Shown: positions 36,824 to 46,255, numbered from the stretch's first letter. The stretch: DNA of 64,000 nt from an uncultured Acetatifactor sp. (GCA_910585615.1 CAJUFO010000003.1:18380-82379); one strand, 5' to 3'. Numbers and translations are program-made. The notes: generated from the letters alone by a model not told the origin.

Positions 36824-37891
36824 ATGTTCGACTTATCCACACTGTGTCAGGTGGTTGACATTAAATCACGCTCCATCAGCCCGGAGAATTATACCGGAGA
36901 GCCGGGGAAGGGCGGCATGTGCCCGCCGGAGCAGGGAATCGCCAGCCATGCGTGCAGGGATCTGGGCATGGGCTGGAAGGTGAATCCCTGCGTCCGCATC
37001 GAAGGCGGGAGCATCTTTGAGATGGCCGATATCCAGGGCCCGGGTATGATCCGTCATATCTGGCTGACGCCTCAGGGGCGCTGGAGGGATTTGATCCTGC
37101 GCATCTATTGGGACGATCAGGCCCATCCTTCCGTGGAATGCCCGGTGGGCGACTTCTTCTGCATGGGATGGAACGAGTATTCCCAGATCAGTTCCATGGC
37201 TGTCTGCGTGAATCCGGGCAGCGCCTTCAACTGCTACTGGCAGATGCCCTTTCTGACCAGGTGCCGCATCACCCTGGAGAACCTTGCGGACAAGGAGACC
37301 ATCGTGTATTACCAGGTTGACTATACCCTCCAGACGCTGCCGGACACCATCGCCTATTTCCATGCCCAGTTCCACCGGACAAACCCCCTGCCCTACAAGG
37401 AGGTCTATACCATCGTGGACGGAATCCGGGGCAAGGGCCAATACGTCGGCACCTACATGGCCTGGGGCGTGAACAACAGCAACTGGTGGGGCGAGGGAGA
37501 AATCAAGTTCTATATGGATGGCGACAGGGACTATCCCACCATCTGCGGCACGGGCACCGAGGATTATTTCTGCGGCTCCTACAATTTCGAAGACCCTCTG
37601 ACCCATGACAGATACGCGGCATTCTCCACGCCTTATACAGGGCTGCAGGTGCTGGCGCCCGATAAGCTGTACCGCAGCCAGTTCCGCTTCGGCATGTACC
37701 GCTGGCATATTCCGGATCCCATCTATTTCGACAGCAGCCTAAAGGTGACTATACAGGCCCTGGGATGGAGGAGCGAAGGGCGCTATCTGCCTCTACAGGA
37801 CGATATCGCCTCCGTGGCCTACTGGTATCAGACCCTGCCCACGGTGGAATTCCCGCCTCTTCCGGACAGGGATTATCTGGAAATCATCTGA
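36824..37891 (+). CDS. DUF2961 / glycoside hydrolase family 172 protein
   Basis: SRSISPENYTGEPGKGG, GPGMIRHIWLT, CPVGDFF, WWGEGEIKFYMDGD and GTGTEDYF; AAGGAG RBS. Confidence 0.88.
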   Translation: MFDLSTLCQVVDIKSRSISPENYTGEPGKGGMCPPEQGIASHACRDLGMGWKVNPCVRIEGGSIFEMADIQGPGMIRHIWLTPQGRWRDLILRIYWDDQAHPSVECPVGDFFCMGWNEYSQISSMAVCVNPGSAFNCYWQMPFLTRCRITLENLADKETIVYYQVDYTLQTLPDTIAYFHAQFHRTNPLPYKEVYTIVDGIRGKGQYVGTYMAWGVNNSNWWGEGEIKFYMDGDRDYPTICGTGTEDYFCGSYNFEDPLTHDRYAAFSTPYTGLQVLAPDKLYRSQFRFGMYRWHIPDPIYFDSSLKVTIQALGWRSEGRYLPLQDDIASVAYWYQTLPTVEFPPLPDRDYLEII

Positions 37892-38026
37892 ACGCGCATG
37901 ACTATGTTGGAAAGACATGTATGGAAAGGCATCCGGTTTCAGTAAAGCCGGCTGCCTTTCCTGTCAGCAGATTTGGTCCGGTTACAGGACTGATAGGCCC
38001 GGAAGCGCCGCATGGCTCTGGCGCGG

Positions 38027-38068
38027 AAAAAGGCTGACCGGAAACGGTATCTCCAGTCAGCCCTTTTT
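38027..38068. terminator. Bidirectional terminator between convergent genes
   Basis: AAAAAGGCTGAC...GTCAGCCCTTTTT. Confidence 0.7.
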
Positions 38069-38074
38069 CGGCGT

Positions 38075-38557
38075 TTATGCCAGTTTTTGAAGTCTTTCGC
38101 TATGTTCCATGATAATCGCCTTCATGATTTCGTTGTCAGCCTGTAGGGCCTCGTACCCTTCCGTTGAATCTTTATACCTCTCATAGGTTGAGAGATAGCA
38201 GGATTCAATCGTGTTCAGGCGCAGCATTATCACATTTTCCTGGAACAATTTTATCTTGTGTATTTCGGCTTCCAAGCTTGCTTTTACGGCTTGAAGTTCA
38301 GCCCAAAGAGCCTGCATTTCAGCTTGCAGCTCAGCCCTGAGAGCCTGCATTTCAGCCAACAGCTCGGCTTTAAGGGCCTGCATTTCAGCCAGCAGCTCGG
38401 CTTTAAGGGCCTGCATTTCAGCCAGCAGCTCTGTCTTAACGGACTGTACATCGCTTTTCAAGGATTGTATTTCATTTTTTATCGGTTGTATCTCTGCTTT
38501 CAGCTTCACATCCAATAACTGTGAAATTGCCAGCAAATCGTCCTGTGTCAACGCCAT
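38075..38557 (-). CDS. Coiled-coil hypothetical protein with 11-aa repeats
   Basis: GGAGG RBS; MALTQDDLLAISQLLD...(AELLAEMQALK)n...RLNTIESCYLSTY. Confidence 0.75.
   Translation of the reverse strand: MALTQDDLLAISQLLDVKLKAEIQPIKNEIQSLKSDVQSVKTELLAEMQALKAELLAEMQALKAELLAEMQALRAELQAEMQALWAELQAVKASLEAEIHKIKLFQENVIMLRLNTIESCYLSTYERYKDSTEGYEALQADNEIMKAIIMEHSERLQKLA
38290..38440 (-). repeat. 33-bp in-frame tandem repeat (four or more copies)
   Basis: GCCTGCATTTCAGC recurs at 38310, 38343, 38376 and 38409. Confidence 0.9.
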
Positions 38558-38773
38558 AATCAGAAACCTCCTTTCAAAGACTACCTCCAGCATATCACAT
38601 GAAAGGTAGATTGTCACGGTTTATTTTCAGGTTTTCTAAAATTCCGACTTTATTCGACAAACGATAAACCAGCCCTCAGATGCCATCACTTTCACAAACC
38701 CCTTTCATTTTCCCCGGCGGAATGGTATAATGTCTTTGCCAATCCCTTAAATATAAGAAAGGAAACGAAGAAT

Positions 38774-40204
38774 ATGAAGGTAAAAGCAAGCAAATATCTG
38801 CACGATATAAAGCCGATCCTGCTCCGCCTGCGGGACAGGCTGCTGGAGGAGTTCCCATACGCCTCCATACTGGCCACCGACTCCCAGGCAAAGCAGTATT
38901 CCGTATCCAGGACCGCCACGAACATCGGCATGGTGGGCCTGTGGTCCGGCAGGGGATTTGTAGTGAAGGTCTACGACGGCTCCGGCTACGGAGAGTATTC
39001 CTTCAATGAGATTTCCGAGGACCAGGTGGAGGAAATCGTTGCGAAGGTAAAGGGCGACCTCATCCCCATGTCCGGGCATCTCCCAGAGGGCGTGGAGCGC
39101 AGCGTCTATGCCATGCTGGAGGATGAGCCTCTGGTGTTCGCTGACAGCACGGAATACGAAATCGACCCGGCGGAATACGGCGACGAGAAAATCATCAGGG
39201 AGCTGACGCGGATCAGCGAGACGGGCAGAGCGCACGACGAGAGGATCCTGGACTGTGGGGCGTTCCTGAATTATCAGAAATACAGCAAGCTCTTCCTGTC
39301 CAGGAACCGGGACATGGAGCAGAACGTGCTCTGGACGGCAGGTGGCTTCAGCGTCATGGCATCCAGGGGACAGGAGATTAAGAGAAGCTATAAGGGCTTC
39401 TCCAATCTGGGCGGAGCGGAGCTTCTGGAACGGATGCGGGACGGCGTGCGGGACGCGGCGAAGGTGACGCTGGAGCTTCTGGAGAGCGAGACCATCACGC
39501 CCGGCGAGTACGACTGTATCTGCACGCCGGAGGCCACTGGCATGATCGTGCACGAGGCCTTCGGCCACGGCGTGGAGATGGACATGTTCGTGAAGAAGCG
39601 GGCGCTGGCGGAGCAGTTCGTGGGCAAGCAGGTGGCCTCGGAGCTGGTCACCATGCATGACGGGGCCAGCGCGGCGAAAGAAGTGGCCACCTATTTCTTC
39701 GACGATGAGGGCGTTCTGGCGAAAGACACGGTCGTCATCGACAGGGGCATCTTAAAGGCCGGCATCAGCGATGCCCAGTCCGCCATGCACCTGGGCACGG
39801 TTCCCACAGGCAACGGCAGGCGGGAGAGCTATCAGCGCAAGGCCTACACCAGGATGACCAACACCTTCTTCCAGGGCGGGACGGACAAGCTGGATGACAT
39901 GATTGCCTCCATCTCCTACGGCTTCCTGCTGGAAGAGCCCTCCAGCGGCATGGAGGACCCCAAGAACTGGGGCATCCAGTGCATGGTCAGCATCGCCAGG
40001 GAAATCCGGGACGGGAAGCTCACCGGGAAGATCTTCTCCCCCGTGGTGCTCACAGGCTATGTGCCGGATCTCCTGAAATCCATCAGCATGGTATCGGAGA
40101 AGGTGGAGCTGGGCGGCGGAGGCATGTGCGGCAAGGGCTACAAGGAGTGGGTGAAGGTGTCCGACGGTGGCCCCTACATTAAGGCAAGGATACGGCTGGG
40201 CTGA
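38774..40204 (+). CDS. tldD: TldD-family metalloprotease
   Basis: GMIVHEAFGHGVE zinc motif, FDDEGV, TGNGRRESY and RMTNT. Confidence 0.88.
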   Translation: MKVKASKYLHDIKPILLRLRDRLLEEFPYASILATDSQAKQYSVSRTATNIGMVGLWSGRGFVVKVYDGSGYGEYSFNEISEDQVEEIVAKVKGDLIPMSGHLPEGVERSVYAMLEDEPLVFADSTEYEIDPAEYGDEKIIRELTRISETGRAHDERILDCGAFLNYQKYSKLFLSRNRDMEQNVLWTAGGFSVMASRGQEIKRSYKGFSNLGGAELLERMRDGVRDAAKVTLELLESETITPGEYDCICTPEATGMIVHEAFGHGVEMDMFVKKRALAEQFVGKQVASELVTMHDGASAAKEVATYFFDDEGVLAKDTVVIDRGILKAGISDAQSAMHLGTVPTGNGRRESYQRKAYTRMTNTFFQGGTDKLDDMIASISYGFLLEEPSSGMEDPKNWGIQCMVSIAREIRDGKLTGKIFSPVVLTGYVPDLLKSISMVSEKVELGGGGMCGKGYKEWVKVSDGGPYIKARIRLG

Positions 40205-40350
40205 ATGCAGTGTACAGCGATTTTCTGAGCGGTCAAAAAACGCCCACCAGGAAAATCTATGCTCACGAGCGATGATATTTGCCGCAAGGTCCCCATTGAC
40301 TTTCGCTCGCGAGTCGGGCTGCTTGGCAGATTTTGATGATTGTCGGGCGG
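40205..40350. repeat. Palindrome-rich intergenic element between the tldD and tldE-like genes
   Basis: GATTTTC/GAAAATC (40219-40257), GCTC-AC-GAGC, GAGCGA/TCGCTC (40267-40308) and CTCGCGAG. Confidence 0.45.
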
Positions 40351-40379
40351 CATGTTGGATAGTATTGGAGGAGGTAACA

Positions 40380-41690
40380 ATGACAGAAAAAGTGCATTTT
40401 ATAGAAAAAATATTGTCGGCTCTGGAAAAGAGCGGCGTGGCGCTGTATCAGATTACGGAGACCAGGGAGGAGTCCGCGGAGTTGTTCTTCATCCGCAGGG
40501 CCCTGGACATGCAGCGCCAGAAGGAAATCCGCCAGGCGGCGGTGACGGTGTACAGGGAGTTTTCCGAGGGTGAGGACCGTTACCTGGGCTCTGCGGCGGT
40601 ACAGGTACAGGACAGCTTCACGGAGGAGCAGCTGGAGCAGATGTTCCGGGACGCCCTGTATGCCGCGGGATTCGTAAAGAATCCTTACTATGAGCTGTAC
40701 CATGGGACAGGGGAGCCTTCCCCGCAGGTTCTGGAGAAGGCGAAACATCTTTCGGACAGATCCCTGGCGGAGGTGGCGGGCTGCTTTGCGGACGCCCTGT
40801 TCGCGGAGGATACGGAGAAGGATGTGTTCCTGAACTCCGCAGAAATCTTCGCTACCAGGACCACATGCCATATCGTGAACGCAAAGGGCGTGGACGTATC
40901 CTACTGCAAGGGCAGGGTAACGGGCGAGTTCGTGGCCCAGTGCACCGCGGGACAGGATGTGGAGACCTATGAGGATTTCGCCTATGATGACATGGACACC
41001 CAGGCCCTGCGCAGGAAGGTGCGGGATACCCTTGAGATGACCCGTGCCAGGGCACAGGCAGTGACGGCTCCACCCGCCGGGGAATACCGCGTGATTCTCT
41101 CCGGATCCTATGTGAAGGAGATCTTCAGCTATTATGTAATGCGCTCCGACATGTCCATGGTCTACCCCAAATATTCCACCTTCCGGCCCGGCTGCGACGT
41201 ACAGGACGGGGAAGTGGAAAAAGACCGGATCAACCTGACCCTGAAAGCCACCGTGCCTTACAGCCCGGAGGGCATTCCCATGCGGGACAGGGAGCTGGTG
41301 AAGGAGGGGGAGCTCAAGCTGCTCCACGGCGGCAACCGCTTCGCGTATTATCTGGAGCAGGAGCCCACGGGAAACTACAGCAGCTACCAGGCTCCCGCGG
41401 GGCAGGTGTCCCTGGAGGAGATGCGGCAGGCCCCCTGCCTGGAAATCGTGAATTTCTCCGACTTCCAGATGGATTCCTACAGCGGGCATTTCGGCGGCGA
41501 GATAAGGCTGGCTTTCCTGTATGACGGGGAGAAGAGGATTCCGGTCACAGGCGGCTCCATCAACGGCAGCATCCTGGAGGCTCAGAAGAACCTGATTTTT
41601 TCCAGGGAGACCCAGGTGGACAAAGAATTTGAAGGCCCGGCTGCCGTCTGCCTGACAGGGGTGAAAGTGGCTGGCAGCACAGAGGAATAG
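40380..41690 (+). CDS. TldE/PmbA-family protein
   Basis: Lacks HExxxH; has the PmbA C-terminal fold (PYSPEGIP, SGHFGGEIRL, PVTGGSINGS). GGAGG RBS. Confidence 0.8.
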   Translation: MTEKVHFIEKILSALEKSGVALYQITETREESAELFFIRRALDMQRQKEIRQAAVTVYREFSEGEDRYLGSAAVQVQDSFTEEQLEQMFRDALYAAGFVKNPYYELYHGTGEPSPQVLEKAKHLSDRSLAEVAGCFADALFAEDTEKDVFLNSAEIFATRTTCHIVNAKGVDVSYCKGRVTGEFVAQCTAGQDVETYEDFAYDDMDTQALRRKVRDTLEMTRARAQAVTAPPAGEYRVILSGSYVKEIFSYYVMRSDMSMVYPKYSTFRPGCDVQDGEVEKDRINLTLKATVPYSPEGIPMRDRELVKEGELKLLHGGNRFAYYLEQEPTGNYSSYQAPAGQVSLEEMRQAPCLEIVNFSDFQMDSYSGHFGGEIRLAFLYDGEKRIPVTGGSINGSILEAQKNLIFSRETQVDKEFEGPAAVCLTGVKVAGSTEE

Positions 41691-41730
41691 GCCCTGTGGG
41701 CAACAGGCTGGGATCATTACGCCACATAGT

Positions 41731-41763
41731 TTCAGGGGAGGAAAGCCATTTTCCTCCCCTGAA
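41731..41763. terminator. Perfect 14-bp hairpin after the tld pair
   Basis: TTCAGGGGAGGAAA/TTTCCTCCCCTGAA. Confidence 0.55.
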
Positions 41764-41809
41764 CGCCGGAGAGCAGGAGGGTGAAGAGCAGAGGGAGGAT
41801 GGCAGCTTT

Positions 41810-42493
41810 ATGGAGCGCTTGCTGATCATAGAAGACGATGCGGACAACAATCAGATGATAAAGGAATACCTGGAGGCCCAGGGCTATGCCTGTACCCAGG
41901 CCTACTCCGGCAGCGAGGGGAGGCTCCTGTTCTCCATGGAGAGATTCGACCTGGTGTTATTGGACTTGATGCTGCCCGGGGTGACGGGGGAGGAACTGGT
42001 GAAGCAGTTCGCCGGGAAGGCACCTGTCATCGTGCTGTCGGCCAAGAGCGGGCTGGACAGCAAGGTGAAGGTATTGTCCGATGGGGCGGAGGACTATATC
42101 TGCAAGCCCTTCGAGCTGCGGGAGCTCCTGGTGCGGATCCAGGTGCAGCTGCGCAGACGGGAGCGGGGAGCGGATTCCGGGGACAGGCCTCCGGAGGGGC
42201 GGGTCTACACCTACCGGGAATGGACGCTGCACCCGGACAGGCAGGAGATGACTGCCGCAGGGATGCCGATCCTGCTGACGCGGCATGAGTTCCTGATATT
42301 AGAGCTGCTGATCCGGAATCCCAAGAGGGTATTCTCCAAGCAGATGATTTATGAGTACGCCTGGGGGGAGGAATACCTGGCTGAGGACAAGACCATCAAT
42401 GTCCACATCAGCAATATCCGCGCGAAGCTGAAGGAGAGCGGTACGGACAGCTATATCCAGACCGTCTGGGGGATGGGCTTCAAGCTGAGCTGA
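41810..42493 (+). CDS. OmpR-family response regulator
   Basis: IIEDD, DLMLPG, GAEDYICKPF, LTRHEFLIL and TINVHISNIR. Confidence 0.95.
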   Translation: MERLLIIEDDADNNQMIKEYLEAQGYACTQAYSGSEGRLLFSMERFDLVLLDLMLPGVTGEELVKQFAGKAPVIVLSAKSGLDSKVKVLSDGAEDYICKPFELRELLVRIQVQLRRRERGADSGDRPPEGRVYTYREWTLHPDRQEMTAAGMPILLTRHEFLILELLIRNPKRVFSKQMIYEYAWGEEYLAEDKTINVHISNIRAKLKESGTDSYIQTVWGMGFKLS

Positions 42494-42495
42494 AA

Positions 42496-42520
42496 CTTTA
42501 CCCTTTCTTAACTCTTTCTG
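42496..42520 (+). promoter_or_regulatory. 11-bp direct repeats, candidate response-regulator binding site
   Basis: CTTTACCCTTT / CTTAACTCTTT / CTGA, upstream of the ABC ATPase gene. Confidence 0.45.
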
Positions 42521-42582
42521 AGCGCTTTTTGAAATCTTATGGTTCAGAATAGAGGGCAGATCAGGAAAGGAGAGTTTCAGGA

Positions 42583-43530
42583 ATGGCAAAAGAAAAGGAA
42601 AAGCTGGCCGTAGAGACCCTGTCGCTGACCAAGTCCTACAACGGGAAAGCGGTAGTGAAACACCTGAGCATGCAGGTGAGGCAGGGAGCCATCTACGGAT
42701 TCATCGGAAGGAACGGAGCCGGGAAGTCCACCACGCTGAAGATGCTCTGCGGGCTGGCGAAGCCCACGGAGGGGGAAATCAGGCTCTTCGGGAAGCCGGC
42801 GGAGGATTCTTACATGGCCAGGCGGCTGGGGTGCCTGATAGAGTCCACGGGCCTCTACCCTAACATGACCGCCAGTCAGAACATGATGATGAAAGCCAAA
42901 TGCATGGGGCTGACAGACGAAAAGAGCGTGGACAGGGCGCTGGCCTCCACAGGGCTTGCGGACACGGGGAGCAAGAAGGCGCGCTATTTTTCCATGGGCA
43001 TGAAGCAGCGGCTGGGAATCGGCCTTGCGCTGCTGGGGAATCCGGATCTGTTGATTCTGGATGAGCCGATCAACGGCCTGGACCCGGAGGGCACCAGGGA
43101 GGTCCGCGAGCTTCTGCTTGCGCTTTCACAGGAGGGAAAGACTCTCATTATCAGCTCCCACATCCTGGGAGAGCTGAGCAAGATAGCCACCCATTACGGC
43201 ATCATCAAGGAGGGGAACCTGGTAGAGCAGATTGACAGGGAGACATTGGAGGGCAACTGCAGGGATTATTTCCAGATAGAGGTGGATGACAGCAAACGCG
43301 CGCTGCCGCTGATTCTGGAGCATGCCCCGCAGATGCAGGCAGAGGTCATGGACGATAGGATAATACGCCTCTATGACCTGAAGGACGGCGCATGGCTGAA
43401 CCACCTTCTCATCGAAAACCGGGTACAGGTCTATTCCTCCGGATTCCATCACATGGATCTGGAAGAGTATTTTCTGAACCGAATGGACAATCTGGCGGAA
43501 GGCAGGAAGGGAGGCGAGGAGCATGTTTAA
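42583..43530 (+). CDS. ABC transporter ATP-binding protein (BcrA/lantibiotic-immunity type)
   Basis: GRNGAGKS, FSMGMKQRLGI, LDEPINGLDP and ISSHILGE. Confidence 0.92.
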   Translation: MAKEKEKLAVETLSLTKSYNGKAVVKHLSMQVRQGAIYGFIGRNGAGKSTTLKMLCGLAKPTEGEIRLFGKPAEDSYMARRLGCLIESTGLYPNMTASQNMMMKAKCMGLTDEKSVDRALASTGLADTGSKKARYFSMGMKQRLGIGLALLGNPDLLILDEPINGLDPEGTREVRELLLALSQEGKTLIISSHILGELSKIATHYGIIKEGNLVEQIDRETLEGNCRDYFQIEVDDSKRALPLILEHAPQMQAEVMDDRIIRLYDLKDGAWLNHLLIENRVQVYSSGFHHMDLEEYFLNRMDNLAEGRKGGEEHV

Positions 43531-44329
43531 TCTGCTGTGCATGGACTTATATCGTATCAAAAGGAGCAAGTTTGCTTATGTATGCTTTGGGTGCCTCCTG
43601 GGGGTCATTTTCTTAAGCTACCTGATGGTCTGGCTGATGGCTACGCCCAAGGGGCAGGAGACCGCGCTGAAGCTGGGGATGCTGCCGCTCAACGAGCTGG
43701 AGGAGGGCAGGGCCCTGCTGGCGGAGGCGGATGTCCTGGCGATGTTCCGGGAAAGCGGCATGGACGGCGGGATGTACAGCCTCATCTTCGGCGTTGCGGT
43801 GGCATTGCTGGTATGCGGGGATTATCAGGGAGGCTTCATGAAGAACATCATGAGCCTGCACAGGCAGCGCCAGGTCTATATCGGCAGCAAGCTGATGGCG
43901 GCGGGCATCCTGAATTTCCTGTATCTGGCGCTCGGCTTCGCGTTCAATATGCTGATGAATCAGCTATTCCAGCATATGGTCCCCGCATCCGACTGGAGGG
44001 CCACCCTGTTCTATCTGGGATGGGCCTGGGTGCTGACCACGGGCTTCGCCGCTTTGATCATCCTGCTCTGCGTGCTGAGCCGGAGCACTACCATAGGTGT
44101 ACTGGGGGCCGTGTTTGGCGGCAGCGGCCTGATTGTGATGCTGCTCCACAGTATCACCAGCCAGTTCCATCTGGGCGGCTGGGTGGAGTATACCATCTAT
44201 TATAATCTGACCTATGGACCCTCCTCCTATGCGTCTGTGAGAGACCTGAGAGGGGCGGCTGTGGGGCTTGCGTTCCTGGCGCTTTACTCTGCCGCGTCAG
44301 TGGTGGCCGTCAGGAAGCGCGATATCTGA
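43523..44329 (+). CDS. ABC-2 type permease
   Basis: Six TM segments with a GDYQGGFMKN motif. Confidence 0.85.
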   Translation: MFNLLCMDLYRIKRSKFAYVCFGCLLGVIFLSYLMVWLMATPKGQETALKLGMLPLNELEEGRALLAEADVLAMFRESGMDGGMYSLIFGVAVALLVCGDYQGGFMKNIMSLHRQRQVYIGSKLMAAGILNFLYLALGFAFNMLMNQLFQHMVPASDWRATLFYLGWAWVLTTGFAALIILLCVLSRSTTIGVLGAVFGGSGLIVMLLHSITSQFHLGGWVEYTIYYNLTYGPSSYASVRDLRGAAVGLAFLALYSAASVVAVRKRDI

Positions 44330-44401
44330 GGCTGAGAAGGAAAGAAAGCCGAGGACAGAGAAAGAAGGCTGAGGCCGAGGAAGGAAAGGGCAAGGGGTGA
44401 C

Positions 44402-45292
44402 ATGGAGATTATTCTGGCGGTTGTCTGCGTGCTGTGTCTCTGTCTGGGGTTCGCATGTATCCGTTACAGGGCTGAGCTGAAATCCCTCTACCGGCAGCTG
44501 GAGGAAGTGGCGGCGGGGAGCCATATAGAGCTGACACTGAACAGCCGCTGCAAGCCCCTGCTGGGCCTCTGCCGGATGCTGAACCATGTCCTGCAGGCCA
44601 GGGACAGGGACTATCTTCAGTACGACCAGGCCGAGAAGCGGCTCAAACAGGACATCACCAGCCTGGCCCACGATATCCGGACGCCCCTCACTGGGGCGTT
44701 CGGGTACGTCCAACTGGCCCAGGAGTGCGCAGACACCGAAAAGCGGCAGCATTACCTGGATGCCGTGGAGAGGCGGCTGCGGGAGCTGGAGGACATGCTG
44801 GAGGAATTGTTCCTGTATACAAAGGTCACTGGCGAGGATTTCCGCCTGTCCCCGGAGAGCCTCCAGGTGCTGCCCCTCCTGGGGGAATGCCTGCTTGGCC
44901 TGTATGCCAGGTTCCAGGAAGCGGGCACGGCCCCCGCAGTGAGCTTCGAGACGGAAGACTTCAGGGTCATGGCAGACCAGGAGGCCCTGCGGCGGGTGTT
45001 CCTGAATCTGATTACAAACGCACTGGTGCACGGCACGGGCGATATTTCCATTCTCCAGACAGGGAACCGGATAGCCTTCGAAAATCCCATACCGGAGGGG
45101 AACCCGCCAAATCCGGAACAGCTCTTCGACAGATTCTATAAAAGCGACCCCGCCCGACGGAAGGGCTCCTCCGGCCTGGGGCTGTTCATTGTCCGGGAGC
45201 TGATGCGGAAGATGGGCGGAGAGACCGGGGCGCAGCTGGAGGAAGGAAAGCTGCGAATCACGTTGTATTTCCCTGAAGACCTATCCTTGTAA
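44402..45292 (+). CDS. Intramembrane-sensing histidine kinase
   Basis: Short N-terminal TM, AHDIRTPLT, NLITNAL, FDRFYK and SGLGL. Confidence 0.92.
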   Translation: MEIILAVVCVLCLCLGFACIRYRAELKSLYRQLEEVAAGSHIELTLNSRCKPLLGLCRMLNHVLQARDRDYLQYDQAEKRLKQDITSLAHDIRTPLTGAFGYVQLAQECADTEKRQHYLDAVERRLRELEDMLEELFLYTKVTGEDFRLSPESLQVLPLLGECLLGLYARFQEAGTAPAVSFETEDFRVMADQEALRRVFLNLITNALVHGTGDISILQTGNRIAFENPIPEGNPPNPEQLFDRFYKSDPARRKGSSGLGLFIVRELMRKMGGETGAQLEEGKLRITLYFPEDLSL

Positions 45293-45387
45293 TCAAATGG
45301 GCCACGCAAAAAAGCATACTATAATGCAATGCCTGCCATGGACAGGAACGCTGTTAAAGGGACGCTTTCGCAATTGAAGACATCCCT

Positions 45388-45777
45388 CTACAACCAGCTC
45401 CTCTCCACATTCTCCTTCAACGAACAGAACATCCCGCAGAATAGCTCCCGCGTCTGCCGTATGATATCCAAAGCAATCGCCTTATTATAGGAATGGGCCA
45501 CATTGTTCCGCGCCTGCAGCGCTGCCAGCCATACATCCTCGTCTATTATCATGGATGCCTGAAATGCGGTTTTGATAATCAGCTTTGGCGACCCGGTGGA
45601 GGCCCCCTCATAGCCATGCAGCTCCAATATCTCCTTCATCATTTTCCATGCCTGCTCAAAACATATCTCATATAATCCGACCAATCCAGTCATTGTCACA
45701 TTGTCATAGGGCTCATGGTAATGCTCGATATCCATAAGGTTATTCAGAGCCGCACAAAAGTTCTCATATTTTCTCAT
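45388..45777 (-). CDS. HI0074-family (HEPN-like) nucleotidyltransferase substrate-binding protein
   Basis: YEICFEQAWKMMK, SPKLIIKTAF and ARNNVAHSY (R-X4-H); AT-rich. Confidence 0.88.
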   Translation of the reverse strand: MRKYENFCAALNNLMDIEHYHEPYDNVTMTGLVGLYEICFEQAWKMMKEILELHGYEGASTGSPKLIIKTAFQASMIIDEDVWLAALQARNNVAHSYNKAIALDIIRQTRELFCGMFCSLKENVERSWL

Positions 45778-46057
45778 ATAAAACCTTCCCTTCCTTTTCA
45801 ATCGAGGACATGAGCTCATCATGCACAGGTCGATTGAGATTTACGATATCGAATTTCAGCAATGTCGAAGTTTCTTCTTCCACATCCAGCGCAAACCTTG
45901 CTATATCCCCGCCCATGACTGCCAAATCGATGTCGCTAGTCCGTTTGTAGTCGCCCCGCGCTCTGGAGCCGAACAGGATTATTCTCTGTATATGATATTT
46001 ATGTGCCAAATCAAGGATTTCTGCTATGACCGAGGATCTGATTCCGGTTCCGTCCAC
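45764..46057 (-). CDS. Minimal nucleotidyltransferase (MNT)
   Basis: ILFGSRARGDYKRTSDIDLAV...KFDIV. GTG start follows AGAAAGGG; overlaps the partner gene. Confidence 0.88.
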   Translation of the reverse strand: MDGTGIRSSVIAEILDLAHKYHIQRIILFGSRARGDYKRTSDIDLAVMGGDIARFALDVEEETSTLLKFDIVNLNRPVHDELMSSIEKEGKVLYEKI

Positions 46058-46255
46058 AATGATTCCCTTTCTGCTATTCTCGTTTTGCAATAAGCATAGG
46101 CTGCTATGGTTACTTTAACATGGAAGCGGTTTTTTCACAACCATAAATTGCAGGAATCGCCTGATTTATAGCTGCACAAAGACGCGCCCCGCCCCACCCG
46201 CCGAAAGCCCACAAAATTTTTGTTGAAATTTTATCCTAAAAACTGTAAAAAACAG

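Noticed and set aside
37920-37960. Strong hairpin GGAAAGGCA...TGCCTTTCC downstream of GH172
   Set aside because: Adequately explained as a 3' UTR or terminator-associated structure between convergent genes.
38290-38440. 33-bp periodic repeats as a possible CRISPR array
   Set aside because: Units are contiguous with no unique spacers, are in frame within a coding sequence, and there are no cas genes.
44330-44401. Purine-rich GAGGC(T/C)GAG repeats between the permease and kinase genes
   Set aside because: Low-complexity and degenerate, with no consistent period or structure.
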